This document shows positions 8,865 to 17,891 of a stretch of DNA of 64,000 bases, in pieces. The stretch is taken from the IMG/VR virus record IMGVR_UViG_3300027971_004105. One strand, 5' to 3'. Origin of the DNA: a virus. Lineage: Duplodnaviria > Caudoviricetes. The position numbers and the translations under genes are program-made. Position 1 is the first letter of the stretch. Each line of letters opens with the position of its first letter. The notes below the pieces were generated by a model. The model was not told the origin of the DNA. It did no database searches and saw nothing but the letters and a program-made list of their open reading frames with translations.

Positions 8865-10478
8865 GTGGCAATTGTATCATTAAGCAGAATTCAAGTACGC
8901 AGAGGACAAGCAGGTGCTGGTTCAGGCATACCTCAACTGGCAGGTGGTGAGCTTGGCTGGGCCATGGACACTCAAGAATTATTCATTGGAAATGGATCAG
9001 TGGCAGAAGGCGCTCCCTCAGTGGGCAATACCAAACTGCTCACAGAACACGACAATTTATTTGAACTCAGCAGTCAATACATCTACGGTAACGAAACGGT
9101 TGTGCAGACAGGCGCGTCATCAGGATCACCCATTCAACGCACACTGAAACAGAGATTGGATGACACAGTGAGTGTGAGAGCATTTGGTGCTGAAGGATCA
9201 GGCAGCAATGAAGTGATAGAACTTCAAAGAGCCATTGATCAATTGTATGTGAATGCTGCCACAGTGGGAAACCCACAGAGCAGAATTCAATTGCTCATAC
9301 CCGCAGGCACATATTCCATCAATGCCAGTTTAAAAATTCCACCATTCACCACACTGATTGGAGACGGCAGTGACAAGACCATCATCACACAGACTGCAAA
9401 TTTTCCAGTGTTTGAAACAGTGAATGGTTTGAGAACTCCTGGAGTGGCCGGCAATAGAGCAGCCACAACCACATTGAATCAAGCACGTCATATCACCATC
9501 AAAGGCATGACACTGAACATCACTGGCAACAATCCAGCCATCCTAGTGGACAACTGTGTGAACAGTGATTTTGAAGATATTAAAATTGGTGGAGATTGGA
9601 GCACCAGCGCTTCTTACACAGATAATTTTGCCATCAAGATGGTAGCTATCAGCAGCACAGTGACCACTGCCAACAACAATTTTAAAAGTATTAAAATTAA
9701 TGAATTTCAACAAGCTGTGCATTCTGATTACGATGTTGCAGAAAATCATTTTGAAAACTGTATGTTTCAAAATTGTCAGTATGGCATAGTGTTTGGAGAA
9801 AATACTGTGTTGGGATCACCTGGACAAAATACAGCTCCTTTCAATAACACAGTGAGCAAATCACAATTCATAGATATCAATCGTCAGGGCATATGGGTTC
9901 GCAAAGGCAAAGGCAATAAAAGCATCAGCAACAGTTTTGAAAGCGTGGGCAATGATGGAGGCACAGAAGCCAATGCTGTGTACAGTGTGATTAAATTTGA
10001 AACTATGGAAAATGCTTCACACAATGATTATTTTGATCGTACTAAAAAATTATCCACTGAAAGTGCCTACACATTGTCTGCAGCCTATGTGCCAGAGATT
10101 CAAGGGTATGTGGACAATACCAACACATTTTCATTGAGTATCAACGTGGGATATTCAGTGGGATTTACCAATTCATTCAGATTGCCAGCAGACATCACCA
10201 AGAGTTATGTGGTGTATTATCTTTACAAGAGCACCTATGTGAACGCAGTGAGACACGGCACTTTGGAAATCACTGTGAACAAAAACAACAACACCACCAG
10301 TCTCACAGACACATATGATTATGTGGGGGATTCAACCTACAGTACCAATTTGGATTTCAACGTGATATTATCTGACATCAATGCTGATACTCAGATAGAC
10401 ACTGTGTTGGTTCAAACCAAAGATAGCACACTGAATGACGCTGGAACCATTCTTTTTCAAGTCAAGGTCAAATCCTAA
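8865..10478 (+). CDS. Tail/virion protein with Mtd-N-like N-terminus and pectin-lyase-like beta-helix
   Basis: RIQVRRG...GELGWAMDTQELFIG; SVRAFGAEG...LQRAID...IPAGTY; GTG start with AGGAG. Confidence 0.65.
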   Translation: MAIVSLSRIQVRRGQAGAGSGIPQLAGGELGWAMDTQELFIGNGSVAEGAPSVGNTKLLTEHDNLFELSSQYIYGNETVVQTGASSGSPIQRTLKQRLDDTVSVRAFGAEGSGSNEVIELQRAIDQLYVNAATVGNPQSRIQLLIPAGTYSINASLKIPPFTTLIGDGSDKTIITQTANFPVFETVNGLRTPGVAGNRAATTTLNQARHITIKGMTLNITGNNPAILVDNCVNSDFEDIKIGGDWSTSASYTDNFAIKMVAISSTVTTANNNFKSIKINEFQQAVHSDYDVAENHFENCMFQNCQYGIVFGENTVLGSPGQNTAPFNNTVSKSQFIDINRQGIWVRKGKGNKSISNSFESVGNDGGTEANAVYSVIKFETMENASHNDYFDRTKKLSTESAYTLSAAYVPEIQGYVDNTNTFSLSINVGYSVGFTNSFRLPADITKSYVVYYLYKSTYVNAVRHGTLEITVNKNNNTTSLTDTYDYVGDSTYSTNLDFNVILSDINADTQIDTVLVQTKDSTLNDAGTILFQVKVKS

Positions 10479-10917
10479 ACCTCAAATATTTTTTGGTGAT
10501 TACACTGAACGTTTGATCTGTTGGAGACAGTTTAGAGACTACTTGGAAAAATCCACACAACCTTTGCAGGACATCACACAGTTGTATAGACTGTGTCCAC
10601 TCACACACACCAAAACAAACTTTTTTGACAGAGTCACTTGGCCACAGGCTTGGAATTTGATAGAAAAAAATGATTACAACAATGTGGATAGACTGTTGGG
10701 CATGTGGTACACACTGAGATTGACTGACAGATTTGCCCGCAGCAACATTGATTTGTTACAATGCATGGAAAAGAATCCAAATCCTGTGGATAAAAAACAT
10801 TTCAGTCTGGCATTGGCATTGGATGATCAATATTGCGTGGTGGAAAATTCTGCCATTTTATTGAAAAAAGAGTTTGACAATCAATACATTTCGCAATATA
10901 CTTACTTTAACTTATAA
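10435..10917 (+). CDS. Hypothetical protein
   Basis: 160-aa ORF filling the gap before nrdA; start uncertain. Confidence 0.6.
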   Translation: MTLEPFFFKSRSNPKPQIFFGDYTERLICWRQFRDYLEKSTQPLQDITQLYRLCPLTHTKTNFFDRVTWPQAWNLIEKNDYNNVDRLLGMWYTLRLTDRFARSNIDLLQCMEKNPNPVDKKHFSLALALDDQYCVVENSAILLKKEFDNQYISQYTYFNL

Positions 10918-10966
10918 ATTAGATAAATATACTTTTATACACAACAATTAATTCGAACAAACTCAA

Positions 10967-13315
10967 ATGAATTCTTCTAAGATCAAAGTTAAAAAGCGAA
11001 CAGGCGAACTGGAACCACTTGATATCAATAAAATGCATTTTGTAGTGGAAGAGGCTTGCGAAGGATTATCAGGAGTTTCAGCATCACAAATAGAAATGCA
11101 CGCCAACATACAATTTTATGATGGCATCAGCACCAGAGACATACAAAGTGTGTTGGTCAAATCAGCCAACGACTTGATCACATTGGAAAATCCCAACTAT
11201 CAATATGCCGCAGCAAGATTACTGCTGTATGATCTAAGAAAACAAGCACATGGTGATTATGAATATCTACCATTGTTAAAACTGATCATTAGAAATATTA
11301 GATCCGGAGTGTATGACAAAACCATATTGGACAAATACAACAAGACTGAAATTAAAAAACTCAACACATGGATCAGAAGAGATAGAGATTTAGATTTTAC
11401 CTATGCAGGACTGAGACAGATTGTGGACAAATATTTGGTGCAAGATCGTTCATCAGGAACACTGTACGAAACACCACAAGACATGTACATGATGATTGCT
11501 GCCACACTGTTTATGAACTATCCTGAAAAGAAAAGAATGCAGTATATTAAAAAATATTATGATGCTATATCCACTCATAAGATCAATATACCCACGCCAG
11601 TGATGGCAGGTGTGCGAACTCCCATTCGTCAGTTTGCCAGTTGTGTACTGGTTGACAGTGACGACACTCTTTCTAGTATTTTCAGCAGTGACATGGCCAT
11701 TGGACTGTATGTGGCAAGACGTGCAGGCATTGGTATCAATGCTGGCAGGATCAGAGGCATCAACTCAAAAATAAGAGGTGGTGAAGTACAGCACACAGGA
11801 GTGATTCCATTCCTTAAGAAATTTGAAAGCACAGTGAGATGTTGCACACAGAATGGCGTGAGAGGTGGCAATGCCACTGTACACTTCCCCATATGGCACT
11901 CCGAGATTGAAGACATACTGGTATTGAAAAATAACAAAGGCACCGAGGACAATCGAGTGCGAAGACTGGATTACAGCATACAGATTTCTAAATTGTTCTA
12001 TGAAAGATTTATCAATGATGAAGAAATTACTTTATTCTCTCCACACGAAGTGCCTGGATTATATGATGCATTTGGCACAGAGTCATTTGATGACTTGTAT
12101 CTAAAATATGAAATGGATAAAAAAATTTCTAAAAAAACCATTGCAGCACAAGAACTATTTTTTGATCTATTAAAAGAGCGAGCAGAAACAGGCAGAATTT
12201 ACATAATGAATTTGGATCATTGTAATTCGCATTCTTCATTCAAAGACAAAGTATCCATGAGCAATCTATGTCAAGAAATTACATTGCCCACCACTCCTAT
12301 CAATCACATTGATGATGAGAAGGGCGAAATAGCATTGTGCATATTGAGTGCTATCAATGTGGGTATAATTAATGATTTGGATGAATTGGAACCACTGTGT
12401 GATCTAGCAGTGAGAGCATTGGAAGAAATTATAGACTATCAACAGTATCCTGTGAAAGCCGCAGAAGTATCCACCAAAGCAAGACGTTCACTGGGCATAG
12501 GTTATATTGGACTGGCACACTATCTTGCCAAACAGGAAGTAAAATATCATCACAAAGCCGCTTGGGAAGCCGTGGATAAACTTTCCGAAGCATTTCAATT
12601 TTATCTATTAAAAGCCAGCAATCAATTGGCACAAGAACGAGGTGCTTGTTCTTTGTTCAACAGAACCAAATACTCAGATGGATTGCTGCCCATAGACACT
12701 TACAAAAAAGAAGTGGATGAGATCGTGCCACACAAAACAAGAATGGCATGGGAATCATTGAGAAAAGACATCAAACAGTATGGATTAAGACACAGCACAC
12801 TGTCAGCACAGATGCCCAGTGAAAGTTCTTCTGTGGTGAGCAATGCCACCAACGGTATTGAACCACCCCGAGCATTGTTGAGCATTAAAAAAAGTAAAAA
12901 AGGGCCACTCAAACAGGTGATACCAGGCTTTCCAAAATTAAAAAATTCATACACATTACTTTGGGACATGCCCAGCAATGATGGATATATCAAAGTCGTT
13001 GCCATGATGCAAAAGTATTTTGATCAAGCCATATCAGGCAATTGGAGTTACAATCCACTCAACTATGACAACAATGAAGTGCCGCTGAGTGTGATGGCTG
13101 GTGACATGTTGAATGCTTACAAGTATGGATGGAAAACTTCCTACTACCAAAACACATTTGACTTCAAAGGCGACGAAGAAGATCTACAACCATCTGGCAT
13201 TGACCCTGTAGACACCAAGGATGGATCAGAAGACTTGACATTGCCAGAAAAAGGCGTTAAAATAAGCACAGCACCCACAGACGATGCTGAATCCTGTGAT
13301 GCTTGTGCGATATAA
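10967..13315 (+). CDS. nrdA: Class Ia ribonucleotide reductase alpha subunit with ATP cone
   Basis: VKKRTG ATP cone, FASCVLV, SNLCQE, C-terminal CDAC. Confidence 0.97.
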   Translation: MNSSKIKVKKRTGELEPLDINKMHFVVEEACEGLSGVSASQIEMHANIQFYDGISTRDIQSVLVKSANDLITLENPNYQYAAARLLLYDLRKQAHGDYEYLPLLKLIIRNIRSGVYDKTILDKYNKTEIKKLNTWIRRDRDLDFTYAGLRQIVDKYLVQDRSSGTLYETPQDMYMMIAATLFMNYPEKKRMQYIKKYYDAISTHKINIPTPVMAGVRTPIRQFASCVLVDSDDTLSSIFSSDMAIGLYVARRAGIGINAGRIRGINSKIRGGEVQHTGVIPFLKKFESTVRCCTQNGVRGGNATVHFPIWHSEIEDILVLKNNKGTEDNRVRRLDYSIQISKLFYERFINDEEITLFSPHEVPGLYDAFGTESFDDLYLKYEMDKKISKKTIAAQELFFDLLKERAETGRIYIMNLDHCNSHSSFKDKVSMSNLCQEITLPTTPINHIDDEKGEIALCILSAINVGIINDLDELEPLCDLAVRALEEIIDYQQYPVKAAEVSTKARRSLGIGYIGLAHYLAKQEVKYHHKAAWEAVDKLSEAFQFYLLKASNQLAQERGACSLFNRTKYSDGLLPIDTYKKEVDEIVPHKTRMAWESLRKDIKQYGLRHSTLSAQMPSESSSVVSNATNGIEPPRALLSIKKSKKGPLKQVIPGFPKLKNSYTLLWDMPSNDGYIKVVAMMQKYFDQAISGNWSYNPLNYDNNEVPLSVMAGDMLNAYKYGWKTSYYQNTFDFKGDEEDLQPSGIDPVDTKDGSEDLTLPEKGVKISTAPTDDAESCDACAI

Positions 13316-13338
13316 ATATGGAACAGAATAATAATAAT

Positions 13339-13542
13339 ATGTACAGAAGCAGTGACGATAAGTTTTTTGCTGGAGTTTGTGCTGGATTGGCACATAAAAT
13401 GGGCTTGAGCAAAATAGGATTGCGAATTGCATTTGCTTTGGGCACATTATTTTTTTGGTTACCACTGATAGTTTATATCGTGTGTTGGATGATTTTTCCA
13501 GAACGTCCCACTCACAACAATAAAAAAATATTAAAAGGATAA
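13339..13542 (+). CDS. pspC: PspC-domain membrane protein
   Basis: YRSSDDKFFAGVCAGLA...RIAF...YIVCWMIFP; TATAAATA at 13311-13318. Confidence 0.8.
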   Translation: MYRSSDDKFFAGVCAGLAHKMGLSKIGLRIAFALGTLFFWLPLIVYIVCWMIFPERPTHNNKKILKG

Positions 13543-14642
13543 TGAGCAAAACAATTTTCAATAGAAATGAAGTGGATTGGAACAAAGAACCCATGTTCTT
13601 TGGAGAAGATTTATCTGTGCAAAGATACGATATATTCAAATATCCACAGTTTGACAAATTAAATCAAACCATGCTGGGTTACTTCTGGAGACCCGAAGAA
13701 GTATCATTGCAAAAAGACAGAGCAGATTTTGCTGGATTCAGACCAGAACAAAAACACATATTCACTTCAAATTTAAAATATCAAACACTGTTGGATTCTG
13801 TGCAAGGCAGAGGACCCAGTTTGAATTTCTTACCTTATTGTTCTAATCCAGAGCTGGAAGGTTGCATTGTGACTTGGGATTTCTTTGAAACCATACATTC
13901 GCGAGCCTACACACACATCATGAAGAATGTTTATTCAGATCCATCAGAAGTGTTCGACACCATATTGAACGACAAAGAGATCACCAAGCGAGCAGTATCA
14001 GTCACAGAAAATTATGACAAGTTTGGCGAACTGGCACTGCAGTACACTGTGAACAACAAAGGCAGTGTGGAAGAATTAAAAAGACAATTGTATTTGGCCA
14101 TGGTGAATGTGAATCTGTTGGAAGGTTTAAGATTCTATGTGTCATTTGCTTGTACATTTGCATTTGGAGAATTAAAACTGATGGAAGGCTCTGCCAAGAT
14201 ACTTTCATTGATTGCTAGAGACGAAGCCACACATTTGAATCTGACCACACACGTGATCAAAGCATGGCAAAAAGGTGACGACAAAGACATTCTAAAAATA
14301 ATCAAACAAGAAGACAAAACTGTGATTGAGATGTTTAAAAAATGCGTGGAAGAAGAAAAGGCTTGGGCAAGACACTTGTTCCGAGATGGTTCTATCATAG
14401 GTTTAAATGAAAGATTACTGGGACAATATGTGGAACACATTGCCAACAAAAGATTAAAAGCATTGGGATTTGATCCAGAATTTGATACACCAGCCACTCA
14501 AAATCCTCTACCTTGGACCACCAATTGGTTGAGCAGCAGAGGTGAACAGATAGCTCCACAAGAAACAGAAATAACTTCTTACATAGTGGGCGGTATCAAA
14601 CAAGATATCAAAAAAGAGACGTTCTCCAAATTCAAACTGTAA
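13542..14642 (+). CDS. nrdB: Class Ia ribonucleotide reductase beta subunit
   Basis: DSVQG, ETIHSRAY (radical Tyr), LEGLRFY, RDEATH. Confidence 0.97.
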   Translation: MSKTIFNRNEVDWNKEPMFFGEDLSVQRYDIFKYPQFDKLNQTMLGYFWRPEEVSLQKDRADFAGFRPEQKHIFTSNLKYQTLLDSVQGRGPSLNFLPYCSNPELEGCIVTWDFFETIHSRAYTHIMKNVYSDPSEVFDTILNDKEITKRAVSVTENYDKFGELALQYTVNNKGSVEELKRQLYLAMVNVNLLEGLRFYVSFACTFAFGELKLMEGSAKILSLIARDEATHLNLTTHVIKAWQKGDDKDILKIIKQEDKTVIEMFKKCVEEEKAWARHLFRDGSIIGLNERLLGQYVEHIANKRLKALGFDPEFDTPATQNPLPWTTNWLSSRGEQIAPQETEITSYIVGGIKQDIKKETFSKFKL

Positions 14643-14659
14643 TCAAAACACAAAAGACA

Positions 14660-14689
14660 TTGACACTATGTTATTAAATAGTGTATAAT
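14660..14689 (+). promoter_or_regulatory. sigma70 promoter with nested TAAATA, leaderless
   Basis: TTGACA-18nt-TATAAT, ATG 6 nt later. Confidence 0.75.
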
Positions 14690-14695
14690 ACAAGC

Positions 14696-14944
14696 ATGTC
14701 AGAATCAAACAAAACCATAGTGTGGAGCAAGGTCACTTGTCCTTTTTGCGACATGGCCAAAACACTGTTAAAAAACAAAGGCATTGCGTTTGAAGAAAGA
14801 ATGATAGGTGTGGAGTGGACCAGAGAACAACTGCTGGAATCAATACCTCAGGCAAGAACAGTGCCACAAATTATATTGAATGGCGAATACATTGGTGGGT
14901 ACGATCAACTCAAAGCATATTTTAATCAAGGAAAAAATGAATAG
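14696..14944 (+). CDS. grx: Glutaredoxin
   Basis: CPFC, TVPQI, IGGYD. Confidence 0.93.
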   Translation: MSESNKTIVWSKVTCPFCDMAKTLLKNKGIAFEERMIGVEWTREQLLESIPQARTVPQIILNGEYIGGYDQLKAYFNQGKNE

Positions 14945-15224
14945 TTTTATGAAGGAAGTGAACAACACAGATGTGTTCACAATCAAACTCAACAGCAAGG
15001 AAGAATTGGTCACCAGGATCATAGAACACAACGAAACTGAAGTGTGTGTTCGCAATCCCATGTGCATGGTGCAGACACAGTCAGGCATAGGCATGCAACC
15101 TTGGGCACTCACAGCGACATTGCAGGAACAATGGATAAATGTGCAACACATTCTGACCATAGTGAGAACCAACAAAGAGATAGCCAGCAGTTACATGCAG
15201 AGCACCACAGGATTGACCATATGA
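14937..15224 (+). CDS. Hypothetical protein (small beta-barrel-like)
   Basis: 95-aa ORF overlapping both neighbours. Confidence 0.7.
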   Translation: MNSFMKEVNNTDVFTIKLNSKEELVTRIIEHNETEVCVRNPMCMVQTQSGIGMQPWALTATLQEQWINVQHILTIVRTNKEIASSYMQSTTGLTI

Positions 15225-15799
15225 GCAAAAGATTGATACTGTGTGATGTGGATGGAGTGCTGTTCCATTGGGAGGTTGCTTTTGATCGTTGGATGATGCG
15301 TCAAGGTTATCAAAAACAGAAAGAAAACAGCTACAAGGTGGAAGAACACTATGGCTTGGACAAAGCTTCTTGCACACTGTTGATACAGATATTCAATGAG
15401 AGTGCTGCCATGAGATATCTCACTCCCATAGATGGTGCCAACAATTACATGATAAAATTGCACGAAGATGGATACAAGATAAAATTAATCACCAGCCAAA
15501 CACTGGAACCCATGGCTCATGTGGCTCGTCAAGATAATCTACGTGACAATTTTGGCAACATATTTGATAATGTTATTTTTTTAGACACCGGCAGTGACAA
15601 AGATGAAATATTGAATCAAATGCCCAAAGGCAGTTTTTGGATAGAAGACAAACCAGAAAATGCTCTCGCAGGGGTAGAAGCAGGCATGGTGAGCATATTG
15701 TTCACACAGCCACACAATAAAGATTTCAAACACAAGGATGTGACCAGATGTGACACGTGGAAGGACATATATCAGTTCATTTCCACATACCAAAATTAA
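15221..15799 (+). CDS. HAD-family 5'(3')-deoxyribonucleotidase
   Basis: CDVDGVL motif I, ITS motif II, IEDKPEN motif IV. Confidence 0.85.
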   Translation: MSKRLILCDVDGVLFHWEVAFDRWMMRQGYQKQKENSYKVEEHYGLDKASCTLLIQIFNESAAMRYLTPIDGANNYMIKLHEDGYKIKLITSQTLEPMAHVARQDNLRDNFGNIFDNVIFLDTGSDKDEILNQMPKGSFWIEDKPENALAGVEAGMVSILFTQPHNKDFKHKDVTRCDTWKDIYQFISTYQN

Positions 15800-15818
15800 T
15801 ATTTGGCAAACAATCTGA

Positions 15819-15847
15819 TTGATTTGAATCAAACAAACCGATATACT
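15819..15847 (+). promoter_or_regulatory. sigma70-type promoter
   Basis: TTGATT-17nt-TATACT. Confidence 0.6.
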
Positions 15848-15901
15848 AATGAGGAGTTTAACAAACTCATTATGATATCATAACAAAAAAGGAGAAACAT
15901 A

Positions 15902-16078
15902 ATGGCTACACACGATGAAATAGTTCAAGCATTTGAATCGTACAAGATCGAGTCTGAAGCTTTTGAAACCAAAGGCGTAAAGGCAGCGGCTGCTAGAGCA
16001 AGAAAAGCTCTAGGAATTCTTGGTAAAGCTTCTAAAGCAAGAAGAAAAGAAATCCAAGAAAAAAAGAACGGAATGTAA
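15902..16078 (+). CDS. 58-aa histone H1-like (Hc1-family-like) basic protein, absent from the ORF track
   Basis: MATHDEIVQAFESYKIESEAFETKGVKAAAARARKALGILGKASKARRKEIQEKKNGM; strong SD AAGGAG. Confidence 0.75.
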   Translation: MATHDEIVQAFESYKIESEAFETKGVKAAAARARKALGILGKASKARRKEIQEKKNGM

Positions 16079-16086
16079 TTCGACCA

Positions 16087-16114
16087 GATGGGGCTCCTTC
16101 AAAAGAGCCCTATC
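16087..16114 (+). terminator. Stem-loop after the Hc1-like gene
   Basis: GATGGGGCTC...GAGCCCTATC; no U tract. Confidence 0.45.
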
Positions 16115-16185
16115 ACACACTTTCCACCCAGTTATATAGAATTTCACATAAATAAACTCATAACAACAATAAAATAAGAAGTATA

Positions 16186-16389
16186 ATGAATCAAGGTAAA
16201 GTTAAGTGGTACAACGCCGCTAAAGGTTACGGTTTTATCACTCCAGACGATGGCAGCAAAGATGTGTTCGTACACGCATCTGCTCTTAGAAGTGCCCAGT
16301 TGGAAGTGATCACAGAAGGTCAAGCAATCAGTTATGAATTGATTGAATCTCGTGGAAGAACTGCTGCTGGCAATCTAAGACTGATATAA
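16186..16389 (+). CDS. cspA: Cold-shock domain protein
   Basis: GKVKWYN, KGYGFI, DVFVHAS. Confidence 0.95.
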   Translation: MNQGKVKWYNAAKGYGFITPDDGSKDVFVHASALRSAQLEVITEGQAISYELIESRGRTAAGNLRLI

Positions 16390-16471
16390 TCCATACATAG
16401 ATCCAAAATCTACCCGTGGCACAATAGAATCATCTATTGACAATCATCATTGAATATGTTTAAATACTGAT

Positions 16472-16800
16472 GTAGGCGATGAAGTGATTGTAATAATCAT
16501 ATAGGACTCGGCTCGATGCCGACACCTCCACCAAATTCGCTCACGTAAAACATAATGATGTTATGCTTCACGGGGGTGAAATGTTTCGACTAGTGATGAA
16601 AAGATCATGGAGTTTACCAGTGAGGGCTCTGTAAAGGCTCAAATTTACAAATGCTAACAAGCGTTTCGTATCAGAAGTAACAATTCCTGCTAACTTTTTA
16701 GTTGGCTCGGAATTGATGGCAGCCTAAGAACCTGCAACTTCGGAGAGTGATCACACTTGGCAACAGAACGTGATCAGTGGTGGGAGGCAACTCCCACCAT
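16472..16800 (+). ncRNA. ssrA: Circularly permuted two-piece tmRNA
   Basis: Acceptor piece ending CACCTCC-A-CCA (16533) precedes GGGGGTG (16572) with a G3-U70 pair; pk1 at 16621-16649; tag ORF 16653-16727 ending MAA-stop; TGGCAACAGAA at 16758; terminal GCAA hairpin. Confidence 0.9.
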
Positions 16801-16885
16801 TAAATTCATCACAAAATCCGCACAAAATAACAATTCTTAGAGCCTTGACAATGGATAATTAATAGTTTAACATTGTATTAACTTT

Positions 16886-17584
16886 ATGAATTTTATAACT
16901 TTTAAAACAAGAGCTAAAATCTGGTCACACATATTTTGGCGTTGGTGTAAACAGTACAAAAAAGAATTGAGCATCGCAGGTCTGATGCTGGCATCATTCT
17001 ATTTGGGCACATGGTATCCTAATGATAATGCTCAGAAACAAATCACCACTGGTCCCATAGAAGAATTACGCAAAACAGCCAAAAGTTTAGGCTTGGCTGA
17101 ACCCATGATGAACTATCACAATCAAAGCACATTTATTAGTGCTGTGAGCAAATGCATAGATTATGTGGAATTTGGTTTGCCCAGAGATCAGCACATACCC
17201 AAAGCCATCATAATTGCCATGGCCATGATGGAATCAGACAATGGCAGCAGTAGGTTTGCATTGGAAGGCAACAATCTATTTGGAATAAGAACTTGGGATC
17301 CTAATCAACCTCAGATGAAAGCATACTATCAATTGAATGCCAAGTGGGGTCTTAAAAAATACAGAACCAAGTGTGCCGCAGTGCAAGACATGATGAACAT
17401 ATTGAACACCAAAGATGTACACAAAGATTTTAGATATGAAAGAAATCGTCAGATGAGTAAAAAGAATCCTGACGTGTTCAAAATAGTGGACAAGTTGGAC
17501 AAGTGGGCCACAAATCCTAATTATAGAGAAGGTATCAAACAAATAATTCAGGATAATTTGCAGAGTTATTTAGAAAATCCTTAA
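16886..17584 (+). CDS. Glucosaminidase (Bax/FlgJ-like) with N-terminal membrane anchor
   Basis: AMAMMESDNGSSRFALEGNNLFGIRTW; WATNPNY. Confidence 0.85.
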   Translation: MNFITFKTRAKIWSHIFWRWCKQYKKELSIAGLMLASFYLGTWYPNDNAQKQITTGPIEELRKTAKSLGLAEPMMNYHNQSTFISAVSKCIDYVEFGLPRDQHIPKAIIIAMAMMESDNGSSRFALEGNNLFGIRTWDPNQPQMKAYYQLNAKWGLKKYRTKCAAVQDMMNILNTKDVHKDFRYERNRQMSKKNPDVFKIVDKLDKWATNPNYREGIKQIIQDNLQSYLENP

Positions 17585-17617
17585 AATACTATGCCAGCTT
17601 TGACACTGGCACAATAT

Positions 17618-17725
17618 TCATTTTTTGTTGGATGATTTGGATTTAACAATCCATTCTTTTTTCAACAGCAACACTGTGCTGTTGGAACATTTTGCTCTCT
17701 CGCTGCCTTTGAACCATCCAAACAT
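17618..17725 (-). CDS. 35-aa hypothetical protein
   Basis: MFGWFKGSERAKCSNSTVLLLKKEWIVKSKSSNKK, directly after the 37-aa gene. Confidence 0.4.
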   Translation of the reverse strand: MFGWFKGSERAKCSNSTVLLLKKEWIVKSKSSNKK

Positions 17726-17731
17726 AAAATA

Positions 17732-17845
17732 TTATTTTTTCTTTTTGAACCAGTTCAGCGGATTGATTTTTTCGCCGAAGTTTTCAACTTTTTCATTCAC
17801 AAACCAACCGGCTGCGAATCCTATGATGAAAGTGATTGTAAGCAT
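17732..17845 (-). CDS. 37-aa membrane-anchored peptide
   Basis: MLTITFIIGFAAGWFVNEKVENFGEKINPLNWFKKKK; SD AGGAG; TAAATA upstream. Confidence 0.65.
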   Translation of the reverse strand: MLTITFIIGFAAGWFVNEKVENFGEKINPLNWFKKKK

Positions 17846-17891
17846 AACTTTCTCCTGTTGTTGAGCTTGTATTTATGCTATTTTTACTCAC

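Noticed and set aside
8865-10478. Diversity-generating retroelement suggested by the Mtd-like N-terminus
   Set aside because: No reverse transcriptase and no template/variable repeat pair seen in the window
13327-13340. (AAT)n microsatellite as a phase-variation switch
   Set aside because: Short triplet run upstream of the likely start; unremarkable in AT-rich DNA
10967-14642. Introns, inteins or homing endonucleases in nrdA/nrdB
   Set aside because: Both are normal length and continuous; the insert between them is PspC
16504-16533. Stand-alone tRNA
   Set aside because: It is the tmRNA acceptor piece; no anticodon arm, and no other tRNA was found
17625-17864. 79-aa plus-strand ORF
   Set aside because: Antisense to two minus-strand genes that have an SD and a late promoter
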